Part shown: positions 28,763 through 37,726 of the stretch, in pieces
Layout of the letters: the number at the start of each line of letters is the position of its first letter
Numbering within the stretch: position 1 is the stretch's first letter
From: Candidatus Latescibacterota bacterium
GTDB taxonomy: Bacteria > Latescibacterota > UBA2968 > UBA8231
Assembly (NCBI GenBank): GCA_963422735.1
Contig: OY730476.1
Location: forward strand, 1,952,001-2,016,000
DNA length: 64,000 bases
Direction: 5' to 3'
The notes under the pieces: model-generated
Seen by the model: the letters and a program-made list of their open reading frames with translations, nothing else
The model's database searches: none
Told to the model about the DNA's origin: nothing
Translations under genes and position numbers: made by a program

Positions 28763-31700
28763 TCAATAGACCACGTGTACGAGGCGCGTCAATTCGCTAT
28801 CTCGATCGTCGGCCTCCACTTTGATCTGACAGAGATATATCCCCGGCGGTACGACCTGCCCCCCTATATCCCGTCCATCCCACACAAACGCCTGCGTCCC
28901 TACCTTACCACCGGTCCCCGAGCTTTGGCCTTGGCCTACTAAGCGTCCACCCAAATCGTAAAATGCGACTTCCAACGGCCGTTCCTCCTGTACCTTTAAT
29001 AAAACAAAATGCACCAAAAGCTGGTCGTTGACCCCGTCGCCATTGGGCGTGAAAACCGACGCCATCCCCACGTCTTGGATCAAAGATCCCGACAAGGCCA
29101 TTAGGCTGACTTGCGCCGTCGAAGAATCCACCAACTCGGTCGCATCCTTATCGGTGGTATCAACCCGTTGGAATACCCTCTCATCCGAGTCCGAAGACCG
29201 CACGAACGACGTAAACTCAATGCCCTCGCGGAAGCTCTGCGACTCAAACTGTACCTCGATGAGCGCGTGCTGGCCAGTCGGCAAATCGGCGTTGAGCGAA
29301 AACGGGAAGCGCACCCAGATCGAATCCTCACCCGTCGCCATGCGCTCCAACACCTCGCCATCCGCGTCGCGGAAGACCCCGTCGTCGCCCGGGGCAAAGG
29401 CGCGATCAAACTCCGTAGTCGTCGCCGAGGTCAGCACTTCCTCCGGGTTGAGGAGCGAGGGTGTCTGAGCGATGGCGACCTGCCCCAAGCGCACACCTGT
29501 CAAGTGTGCAGCACGCGGCGCGGCGACCAGCACTTCGTTAAAGCCGGCGCGCACCGTCGCGTCAGTCGGGTCGGGCGTAGCGGCGCGGATGAAATAAGCG
29601 AATTGCTGCGGCGCGAGCGGATCGACATTGCGCGGCGGGGCGTAGTCCGAGGTCTGGACACCCAAGTTGCTCGGAACGCGCGTCGCTCCCTCGTCGCTAA
29701 GGAGCGCCAACTCGCCGACCAGTTCCAGCGCCAGCGGCGGTGCTAGCTCAATGCTCAGCCTGCGGATGCGCGCTGTCTTAAATGGGTCCTCTGAGGAGAT
29801 ATTGAGCCGCACCTGGACGAACTTGCGCGGATTGGGCGAGGTGATCGTCGCCTCGTTGACGCCGTTGGTGGGTAGATAGCTTTTGCTCCACTCGCTCCAG
29901 CCGACGAAGGCCAACTCGCCGTCCTTGTCAAAGCTCAAACGCGGTGCCCGGCGCAATTTCTTGCCATCTTCGTCGACGAGGCCATCGCCGTCATTGTCAA
30001 TGAGGTCAATCGGATCCTCGTCGTTGGCCCCATCGCCATCGTCGTCCTTGCGCGAGGCGTGCCTCTTGCTGTCGGGCAGAGTCTGCCAAATCTCCCAAGC
30101 CATCCACTCCAAGGCTATCTCGTCGTAGATAACTTTCGTCACTTCCTCGCGCTCTTCGCTGCCAGCGATGGTGGTGACTTGGTAGTAGGTAAAATTGGTG
30201 TCGGTCTGGTCAGAGGTGCGGGTCTGTATCTGCAAGCGGACATCCGGGTGGCGATCCAGCGGCTCAATCCGCTCAATGAATTGACCGGTGAGCGGATCGG
30301 TGTCGCGGATTAGAATGTCGCCATCCCAAGCGATGCGCGGCAGGGTCTTGCGGATGAAATTGCCGCGCGAATCGGTCAGCGAGATCGGCGGCGAGTAGGC
30401 CCACACGCTCACCGGATACCCCTCGCCGTAGAGTTGGATCTCGGCCATGGTCGCCAACGCCCCATATCGGCCCGACTGATTCCCGGTGACGTCGATATCG
30501 CGGACCTGCAGAAAGCGGATCTTGCGGGGGGCAAAGGCTTCTTGGAAAATGCGCACTACCGGCGTGTGATTGTCAATGTGCTCCTCGCTAATGATATTGT
30601 CCCACTTGAGCCCCTCTTCGAGTTGGATAAAATCTTCGCGGGCTTTCATGCTCAAGGGTTTGAGCAGGGTGCCATCGGAGACCAGAATGCCCGGCCCCAA
30701 GAAGGCCCCCTTGTGGCTCTGGTTGATGCGCTTGTTGACCACCGAAAGATTGTCAACCCAGAACACGGCCCCTAAATCGTACCAAGCCGTGCCCTTGACG
30801 TAAACTGGCGACCATGTATTGGCAGTCCACTGAGAGTCGTAAAGCCCGTCGGTAGCCAGTTGGGGGGCACCTAAGCCGCCGTTTTCAAACGAAGCACCGC
30901 CGCGCTTTTCGGGCTGCAGCGAGTAGTTGTCGCCCTTGGCCCAGACCTGAACCTCGGCGATGCGGGGGACCTCCTTGACGTAGTAGAGGATCAGCCCGCG
31001 CTGTTCCTCGGGTAGGGTTTGATATTTTTCACGGGCGGTCTGGTTGGCATCGTCTTGGATCTCGACGAGCAAACCGCCGGCCGTCTGGCGCTGATAGACG
31101 AGCGCACCGCGCTGTTCCTCGGGCAGTGCTTCATAAGCGAGGCGCGCCTCTTCGCCAGCACCCAAAAAGGAATCGCGCCAGAGATCCGAACTCGTCGCCT
31201 TGACGCGCACATACTGGATGAAAGCTCCACTGATATCGGGCAAACCGTCCAAGTCCCAGTCGGCCTTGTCTAGGGGCGAGAGGGGGAAGGTCATCTGCAC
31301 GTAACGACCTTCAGTACCGGGTACGGCGACGAGTTGCACACCATCCGCCCCTACAACACCCGTCGAAGCTTGGGCTATGAGTGAAAACTGGAGATTGTTG
31401 CCCAAGGGAAAGGGAAAGCGCTCACCCATCGAGGCGAAGAGCGCGAATGCCTTGACCGGTTGGCCGAGAAACTCGGCCTCGAACTGACTGACAGGGAAAA
31501 CGATCGTCAGGCTATCGGCGAAAACCAGCCGCCCTAGGTCAATTTCAAGCTCCCACTTGTTGAGCCCGTCAAGATGGAAGTCTCCGGGATCGCTCAGGCG
31601 GCTTGCAAAACTGATCGGCGTGTCCGGCTCCCAGAACGTGCTCAAGTCGTCGTCGAGGACATTGTTGGCCAAGACGTCGTTGGATTTGGCGGTCGCACCG

Positions 31701-32017
31701 CCGATAGTTAGCTCGCCGGCGGCGCGGATTAGGTCGGGATAGGTGAAGTCGTTAGCCGTGGGAGCGACATTGATATTGCGGCGGAAAAACACCGGCCGCA
31801 ACCCGTTGGCTCCGACCTCGAAGATATCCGCTTCGCCGACCAACACGTTCAAACTGGAGACCAGATCGTTCTGATATATCCAGTTTTCCCAGTGAGAAGC
31901 CCGATCCACGAGGAGCGAATTGCCTTGAAGGCGATAGGCATCACCGTCCTGGGCTAGACAGAAATTCGGCATAGATACTACGACGAGGGGCACCCCCCAC
32001 TTTAGCAGCCGCTTCAT
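28763..32017 (-). CDS. Large secreted protein with T9SS type-B/FlgD-Ig-like C-terminal domain (paralog 2)
   Basis: Signal peptide; discoidin-like segments (DDDLSTFW, DGLYDSQW); two DDDGDG..DED repeats; C-terminus VFTPNGDGVND...YDLGG...WDGRD..G.VVPPGIY...VVY. Confidence 0.85.
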   Translation of the reverse strand: MKRLLKWGVPLVVVSMPNFCLAQDGDAYRLQGNSLLVDRASHWENWIYQNDLVSSLNVLVGEADIFEVGANGLRPVFFRRNINVAPTANDFTYPDLIRAAGELTIGGATAKSNDVLANNVLDDDLSTFWEPDTPISFASRLSDPGDFHLDGLNKWELEIDLGRLVFADSLTIVFPVSQFEAEFLGQPVKAFALFASMGERFPFPLGNNLQFSLIAQASTGVVGADGVQLVAVPGTEGRYVQMTFPLSPLDKADWDLDGLPDISGAFIQYVRVKATSSDLWRDSFLGAGEEARLAYEALPEEQRGALVYQRQTAGGLLVEIQDDANQTAREKYQTLPEEQRGLILYYVKEVPRIAEVQVWAKGDNYSLQPEKRGGASFENGGLGAPQLATDGLYDSQWTANTWSPVYVKGTAWYDLGAVFWVDNLSVVNKRINQSHKGAFLGPGILVSDGTLLKPLSMKAREDFIQLEEGLKWDNIISEEHIDNHTPVVRIFQEAFAPRKIRFLQVRDIDVTGNQSGRYGALATMAEIQLYGEGYPVSVWAYSPPISLTDSRGNFIRKTLPRIAWDGDILIRDTDPLTGQFIERIEPLDRHPDVRLQIQTRTSDQTDTNFTYYQVTTIAGSEEREEVTKVIYDEIALEWMAWEIWQTLPDSKRHASRKDDDGDGANDEDPIDLIDNDGDGLVDEDGKKLRRAPRLSFDKDGELAFVGWSEWSKSYLPTNGVNEATITSPNPRKFVQVRLNISSEDPFKTARIRRLSIELAPPLALELVGELALLSDEGATRVPSNLGVQTSDYAPPRNVDPLAPQQFAYFIRAATPDPTDATVRAGFNEVLVAAPRAAHLTGVRLGQVAIAQTPSLLNPEEVLTSATTTEFDRAFAPGDDGVFRDADGEVLERMATGEDSIWVRFPFSLNADLPTGQHALIEVQFESQSFREGIEFTSFVRSSDSDERVFQRVDTTDKDATELVDSSTAQVSLMALSGSLIQDVGMASVFTPNGDGVNDQLLVHFVLLKVQEERPLEVAFYDLGGRLVGQGQSSGTGGKVGTQAFVWDGRDIGGQVVPPGIYLCQIKVEADDRDSELTRLVHVVY

Positions 32018-32052
32018 AGCAAATCCTCTCTTTCCGTGCTTTTCAACTAGGG

Positions 32053-34536
32053 CTAATACGCTACAGAAACGATACGCGTTCGAGCATTGCCCTCATTATC
32101 GGCTTCGACCGAAATGCGCAGTACATAGAGGCCCGGCGGCACGATCTGTCCGCTATCAGCGCGGCCATCCCACTGCTGCGAATACCCCCCCGACGACAGA
32201 TGGCGCTCAATAAGACGCACGCACCGACCGTTCAAATCGAATATCTCCAGATGCACCGATTTCGGCGTCAGCAGGCGCTGCACATCGAAGAGCACGGTCA
32301 TCTCGTCGTTGACGCCGTCGCCATTGGGCGTAAAAGGATTGGGATCAGCCTTAAAATTGCTCACCAGGTTCTCGCTCTGCGCCGAAATGTCGGCGATGAC
32401 AGCCAGAGAGTTGCGGTCCGAGAGCTGGTCCGTCGCTCCAAAGTCCACCACATCGTTGCCCTCCGCCCTCTGTGGCAGAAAGAAGGCCAGCGTATCGAGC
32501 GCACCCTCGCCGCCTGCGACCGCTAGGATACCACTACGGGTAAAACGCCGCTCCACACCGGCATCCAAGGTATCGAGGAAGGCATTGGCGGAGAAGTCGG
32601 TGCGGAAATCGATGACCCGGCCTCGGAAGCGGACTTTCACCAACGCATCGCGCACTTGTCCGTCCTCGGCTGGGCTAATGGTCGGGAAACCGACGACGAA
32701 CTGGTTATCGGCGATGTACAATTCTTGAAATTGCCCTTCGCCAGCCTCGCCTTCGCCGAGCCCGACGTGGGAGAGAACTTGGACTTGGCCATCGCCCATA
32801 TCCACTTCCATCCCCTCAATCTCTTCGGTGCGTGCCGGCGTAAAAACCTGTAGGCGATTGAAGCCGTTGTTCTCAGCCCCTAGGGAAGCTTTCAAGGCCA
32901 GAACGAAAGAGGTATCACGGCCGGCGATTACATCCACTGCCGGGGCGATCTCACCGAGTACCTGATCGGTGATCTGTGGGGCGGAGTACTCAAGGCGCAT
33001 GTTACGGATAACCGTAGCCGACTCCGGTGACTGGCTCAGAAACTCTACCTCAATCTCGATAAAGGGCCGCCCACTCGGCGCATTAACCAATTCGCCATTG
33101 TTGGCTACTTGGGCACTGCTCCAGAACTCGAGGTCGGGTTCGATCCGGTGCCTCACGCTGACCGGCAATCCTATGTAGTCCTCGCGGGTCAGGCGGATCG
33201 CCAGGCGATCCTCGGGCAGGGCGGCATTGAAAATTTCGCGGGCCTCTGTGTTGAATTCCGATGAGTCCAGATACACTTCTTGGCCCTGGGTCGAGGAACC
33301 GAGCCGTCGGTCGACGATAATTGCCCCCTCACTCCACTCCACTTCGCGGTCGTAGTAGTTGACGCGGAAAAACACATCAGGCTCGGCAGTGAATCCCGTC
33401 CGCACACGCACGATGGCACTCGACTTAGTGGGATCGCCGATCTTTTTCTCATCCCAGAAGATCCGCCCCAGAGTCGCTGGGGGCACTGGTAGTGCATTGG
33501 AGGTATATACCGCTTCGGGCATGAAACCGTCGGCGAAAAACTCCATTTCAGCCAAGTCGTAATCCAGCGGAGTCTGAAAATCGAAGCGCGCGTAGCGCAT
33601 TTTGGCGGGCGGGTCGAACACTACTGCAATAGTATCTTCCACGTTGACTGGCACACTCGCTTCGGGGACGAAGATCGGAAATGTCTCTTCTATCCTGATG
33701 AACTTGGGAAAGCCTAATGGCCCTGTGATCGGATCTTCGAGACTGAGGCCGGCAATCACCGTCTCGGTCCCAGGCAAGCCGCGAAAGAGGGTGTAGGCGG
33801 AAACGCGCACCGGCTCTTCGAGGCTGGGGTAGAGGCGAAAAAGCCGGATTGGAAAGTAGTGTCCCAAGTCAGTATAGAGGATCCATTGCTGGGTAACGTC
33901 CTGTCCCACCCGATCAATGCGTTCAAAATGAGTCAATGGATCGCCGTCGAAGACGCGCCCCAAGCCCTCCTGCAAACGTATGCCGGTCAAGGCGTTTTCA
34001 AATCTGCCGAGGGTTGTGAGGTTCAGACTCTTGTTGTACTTATAGCCGCCGGGCGGACGGGGAAAAGACTCAGCCACGTTGATCATGGCCTCGATCTCGG
34101 TGATACCGGCCCGGCGCAATAGGTGGACCCCCTCTAGGCTGCGCGGGAAGGGGCTCCAGCGAGGAACCAGCACCGTGCCCTCCTTGACGATCGTACCATC
34201 CTCGCGCTCCGCATCAGTCAGTGCCACCACATCGGCCCTAGCCACATTGAGCGAAAAGGCAAAGAGGATGGAGTTAATCGCCGCATCTATTTCGTCGGAA
34301 GTTAAAGCAAGGGGAATTTCGGGGACAGGTACTGTGCGCACGGGCGCGAGGGGTCCAATGCCGTTTTCATAACTTTCGAGATCTATTAGTTCAATAAAGG
34401 TATTCTCTGAGACCAAACTCTGTTTGACGTCGCCCCAGGTGGAATTGCCAGGAATGGAGAATAGACGCAACTCCGCGGCGGCGTTTACCACCAAACCCGA
34501 CAAAACCAGTGCGGCGACACAAAGCCCGATTCTCAT
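32053..34536 (-). CDS. Large secreted protein with T9SS type-B/FlgD-Ig-like C-terminal domain (paralog 3)
   Basis: Signal peptide NAAA|E; C-terminus PNPFTPNGDGVND...FDLNG...WDGRADSGQIVPPGLY...VAY; core motifs shared with paralogs 1 and 2. Confidence 0.85.
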   Translation of the reverse strand: MRIGLCVAALVLSGLVVNAAAELRLFSIPGNSTWGDVKQSLVSENTFIELIDLESYENGIGPLAPVRTVPVPEIPLALTSDEIDAAINSILFAFSLNVARADVVALTDAEREDGTIVKEGTVLVPRWSPFPRSLEGVHLLRRAGITEIEAMINVAESFPRPPGGYKYNKSLNLTTLGRFENALTGIRLQEGLGRVFDGDPLTHFERIDRVGQDVTQQWILYTDLGHYFPIRLFRLYPSLEEPVRVSAYTLFRGLPGTETVIAGLSLEDPITGPLGFPKFIRIEETFPIFVPEASVPVNVEDTIAVVFDPPAKMRYARFDFQTPLDYDLAEMEFFADGFMPEAVYTSNALPVPPATLGRIFWDEKKIGDPTKSSAIVRVRTGFTAEPDVFFRVNYYDREVEWSEGAIIVDRRLGSSTQGQEVYLDSSEFNTEAREIFNAALPEDRLAIRLTREDYIGLPVSVRHRIEPDLEFWSSAQVANNGELVNAPSGRPFIEIEVEFLSQSPESATVIRNMRLEYSAPQITDQVLGEIAPAVDVIAGRDTSFVLALKASLGAENNGFNRLQVFTPARTEEIEGMEVDMGDGQVQVLSHVGLGEGEAGEGQFQELYIADNQFVVGFPTISPAEDGQVRDALVKVRFRGRVIDFRTDFSANAFLDTLDAGVERRFTRSGILAVAGGEGALDTLAFFLPQRAEGNDVVDFGATDQLSDRNSLAVIADISAQSENLVSNFKADPNPFTPNGDGVNDEMTVLFDVQRLLTPKSVHLEIFDLNGRCVRLIERHLSSGGYSQQWDGRADSGQIVPPGLYVLRISVEADNEGNARTRIVSVAY

Positions 34537-34620
34537 TTCGTTAATCCCCAGTAAAGTTTGTGATCTCGCCTAGGTTGATGGACATTGGGAACGAGGGTTA
34601 TACGATACAGGAGCAATACA

Positions 34621-34650
34621 ATAGTAAAAATAGATAAGCGAAAATTTCAA
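34621..34650 (-). promoter_or_regulatory. Candidate sigma70 promoter for the operon starting at 34536
   Basis: Minus strand reads TTGAAA-N18-TACTAT in an AT-rich spacer, just downstream of a terminator. Confidence 0.45.
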
Positions 34651-34654
34651 ATGC

Positions 34655-34688
34655 AAAGAGAGGGAGGATGATTCCCCCCTCTCTTTTT
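34655..34688. terminator. Intrinsic terminator downstream of the 34724 gene
   Basis: Stem AAAGAGAGGG (34655-34664) / CCCTCTCTTT (34677-34686) with T-runs on both strands. Confidence 0.65.
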
Positions 34689-34723
34689 CTTTGCACAGGT
34701 CAAACAACAGAATGTTCGGTCAC

Positions 34724-35629
34724 TTACTCGCTCAGCGAAGCCTTGATGCGGCCCCAAGAATCTTCTTCGACCGCTGTTTCATCAATGTCACCACCTAGGC
34801 CGACCAAGCGAGCATCGACAAAGCGTTCGGCAAAACGCCACGTTGCAGCCTGACCAGATATGGTGTGGAAGGCACGATCCTGGCCCGGAGCCTGATCCGT
34901 ATCCGGCGTCGAAATCTGGTACCCAATGATATTACCTTCGACGAGAGGCGTCGCGATGCTGTCGTCGGGACTGTTCCAGATCAGATCGTCGAAAGGCGTA
35001 CAGAAAAACTCAATGATGCTAACCGTTGGCCCGTCGCCAATAGAGACGCCACCACCATCGGCATAGGGTAGATCGTTGACCCACTCAGAACCTGCACCCA
35101 AATAGAAAACGTGACGCCCTGAAGGATCATCCGCGACGGCGATGTACTGCTGCGCCGTGCGATTGTTGTTCAGTTTCTTCTCTTCTTCAGTCCACTCCTC
35201 GTTGGCCGAACCAGTGTAGTCGCCTCCAGTGTGGTCACCGTCGAGCATAACTTCGATGGCCTCATAATTCCAAGGACTACTCCCGTCGTACTCCCTGCCG
35301 AAGTACACGTTGTCTATACGCTCCATGGCGAACCAGATCGTGCCTCCATTGCCGTTCCAGCCTGTCCAGATACGGTAGTCAAGGTCCGCCGGATCGTACT
35401 GGGCACCGTCGCCCACTGTGGGATCCTGATAGAGATCAGTAGGGAGAAACTGGGGGTCACCCATTACATCTTCCCAGTCCTCGACGGTGCCATCATTAAA
35501 ATCAAGGTCAGCCAGATCCGCATCGGCAATCTCAAAGAGCAGGTAAACCTTTTCACCAATATGTGCATTAGCACCGCTTGTCAGGCCCAATATCAGACCC
35601 ATAGCGACAAGGCCATATAGACGTTGCAT
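34724..35629 (-). CDS. Secreted acidic CBM9/DOMON-like protein with C-terminal WGxIK tail
   Basis: Signal peptide ANA|H; DGTVEDW, TGWN, EAIEVMLDGDHTGG and FAERF motifs shared with 8885..9838; tail TAVEEDSWGRIKASLSE. Confidence 0.78.
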   Translation of the reverse strand: MQRLYGLVAMGLILGLTSGANAHIGEKVYLLFEIADADLADLDFNDGTVEDWEDVMGDPQFLPTDLYQDPTVGDGAQYDPADLDYRIWTGWNGNGGTIWFAMERIDNVYFGREYDGSSPWNYEAIEVMLDGDHTGGDYTGSANEEWTEEEKKLNNNRTAQQYIAVADDPSGRHVFYLGAGSEWVNDLPYADGGGVSIGDGPTVSIIEFFCTPFDDLIWNSPDDSIATPLVEGNIIGYQISTPDTDQAPGQDRAFHTISGQAATWRFAERFVDARLVGLGGDIDETAVEEDSWGRIKASLSE

Positions 35630-35637
35630 AAGCTGTG

Positions 35638-35987
35638 ACTCCTTCCAATATCCCTTATAGGGAGTGTGGTGGTGTTTTGGGACAACGACCTTTTCGGCTC
35701 AATCTGCGTAGCACGGGCTATCGCTTATTACCTCACATAGGTCGGTCTTCCCCGAATAGTTAAGCCAACCTTTCCTCGTGTGTATCAGGAGCAACTCGCC
35801 TGACTGAGGCTACACGCTAGCTTACTAGCTTAGACGTAAACCGATTGGCTCCGCCTTAGGTTAGAAGGCTTATATCTTAATAGATAATTAATTCAATATA
35901 GTAAATCCTCCGCTGTGTTGCAAGTATTTTATATTCTGCAGTGACTGGCCCGTTGGCATACTCCCTATAAGGGATATTATCGGGAGT
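35638..35987. repeat. Long-range inverted repeat pair flanking a promoter
   Basis: AATATCCCTTATAGGGAGT (35647-35665) is the perfect reverse complement of ACTCCCTATAAGGGATATT (35960-35978); the match extends to 26/31 bp. Confidence 0.9.
35895..35923 (-). promoter_or_regulatory. Sigma70-type promoter for the 35629 gene
   Basis: Minus strand reads TTGCAA-N17-TATATT (-35 at 35918-35923, -10 at 35895-35900) in an AT-rich context. Confidence 0.65.
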
Positions 35988-36001
35988 TAAACAAGACGCA
36001 C

Positions 36002-36919
36002 TTATTGAGAATCTTCGGCGCTGTCGTCAGCACTATCTCCGGTGTTATCTCCGGCAGTGTCGTCAGTGCCATCTTCAGCACTTTCTTCGTCCTTATCTTC
36101 TCGAAAGCGAATCTGCTTTATGTCGTGCATACCAATCGCAAACGGACTCGAACCTACGACGCCCGTAAAGGCTTGGTTGACGCGCTCGAAATAGCTCTTG
36201 TCGGTCTCTCCCGAAAGGCGGACTAGGCTCGCCTCGACCATACCCATAACGGTTTTTCCCGACCGATAGGTCGCCGTTATCGGCCTAAACTCGTCGCCCG
36301 TCCCGCCGTCCTCAAAGTCGATTCGCGCCACTTTGTCTAGCGGAATAAAACGCTTGCCGCGGCCCTTGAAAAAATCGAGCCGCTGCTTGCCGTGAAAGCG
36401 CAAATCTTCCACCTCAAAGCGCCTGCCGTTTATCGTGATGATCGTGGCCTTGAGGATTTTTTCCGCAGGCGGCTCCTCGCCGATGGGATGGCGCAAGACA
36501 ATCTCTTGCACATCGCTGGCGAGAATGAAGAACGGCCCTAGCTCAGTCACCCCAGCGAAGCGACGCCCGCTACTTCCACCGCCGACGGCGTCTTGGTGGG
36601 GCGAAGAAGATCCGCCCGTCACCATCGAGCCCGCTTCTTGGCCGCCGTTCCGGAACACGAGCACGACGCGCTGTTCCTCGTCACTGCGCTCTCCTTCGAA
36701 ACGCAATCTAGCAACCCTGACCAGTTCCACCAGCCGACGCTGCCCTTGGACGTAGATTTCCAAATCCTGACGCCCCTGAAAGGTGAACTTATCCACTTGG
36801 TGCTGGTTCCCGTAGCGATCGATAATGGTCGCCTTGAGGGGGGAAGTAGCAGCTCCACTGGCTGATACCCATAGCGCGGCCAAAAGTGCAACTTCACCCC
36901 ATAATCTTTTGCGCTTCAT
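36002..36919 (-). CDS. Secreted hypothetical protein with an internal tandem duplication and acidic tail
   Basis: Signal peptide; two related halves starting LKATIIDRYG..V..F.FQG and LKATIITING..V..L.FHG; D/E/S-rich C-terminus. Confidence 0.75.
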   Translation of the reverse strand: MKRKRLWGEVALLAALWVSASGAATSPLKATIIDRYGNQHQVDKFTFQGRQDLEIYVQGQRRLVELVRVARLRFEGERSDEEQRVVLVFRNGGQEAGSMVTGGSSSPHQDAVGGGSSGRRFAGVTELGPFFILASDVQEIVLRHPIGEEPPAEKILKATIITINGRRFEVEDLRFHGKQRLDFFKGRGKRFIPLDKVARIDFEDGGTGDEFRPITATYRSGKTVMGMVEASLVRLSGETDKSYFERVNQAFTGVVGSSPFAIGMHDIKQIRFREDKDEESAEDGTDDTAGDNTGDSADDSAEDSQ

Positions 36920-36939
36920 GGCATTGCTCCGCGATAAGC

Positions 36940-37635
36940 CTAAGGCTGTGCGGCCCCTTCGCTCCCGCTTTCGCCCGGTTGTGCCGGTGAGGGGGGCGGT
37001 CCGATGAGAATGTTCTGGGTCTGTCCCATGCTTACCTGTACGAGCCTGATTTCGTCCAAACCAGTGGGAGAATTTTCAATCCGCACCTTGTAATCGCCCA
37101 CCGGCACAATAAAGTAGCGCACCTCTGTCGAGGTCATGCCCCGACCCAGCATAGTCCGCAAATTGTAGTCAAAAATTAGGAAAGGCATCTGACTGCGGCC
37201 CTGAGCATCGGAAAAAATGACCTGAAAACGGCCGATGGGTATGGTCGCGTACATTTCCTGTCCCATTAGAACTTCGACTTCCTTCTCGACGCTGTCGTCG
37301 ATATCCGTATTGACCACAACCCGATAACTGCCAGGGTCCAGATCGACAAATTGCGGCAGAGAGCGGTAGCCCGTCTCGTATCCTATGGGTGAACTCGCAG
37401 CCCTGCGCGGCGATTCCGAGTGAACCTCCTCGCCGGTTTCTTCGTCGAGGACATAGTAGTTTACTTCGTTGATCCCTCCCGTCTCCAACATGAGCCGCCC
37501 CTTGCCCTCGGGAATGGGCGGCAGACCATAACCGCCTCCGCTACCTCCGGTTGTAGCACAGCCAGCCACAACAGCCGCTAACGCACCGACCAGAAGCCAC
37601 TTACGCACCTGCGTATATTCGACTTTCGACGCCAT
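36940..37635 (-). CDS. Hypothetical lipoprotein
   Basis: Lipobox VAG|C, GGAGG RBS, beta-sandwich-like segments (LDPGSYRV, VPVGDYKV). Confidence 0.75.
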   Translation of the reverse strand: MASKVEYTQVRKWLLVGALAAVVAGCATTGGSGGGYGLPPIPEGKGRLMLETGGINEVNYYVLDEETGEEVHSESPRRAASSPIGYETGYRSLPQFVDLDPGSYRVVVNTDIDDSVEKEVEVLMGQEMYATIPIGRFQVIFSDAQGRSQMPFLIFDYNLRTMLGRGMTSTEVRYFIVPVGDYKVRIENSPTGLDEIRLVQVSMGQTQNILIGPPPSPAQPGESGSEGAAQP

Positions 37636-37696
37636 CTTTCCCTCCTTGCGACGAGCTGTAGAAAAAGGACTTAACTACCTAAGAGCCAAGATGGTG

Positions 37697-37726
37697 AACA
37701 TAATATAGACCCTCGGCCGCTGTCAA
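37697..37726 (-). promoter_or_regulatory. Candidate sigma70 promoter for the 37635 gene
   Basis: Minus strand reads TTGACA-N18-TATGTT. Confidence 0.45.
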
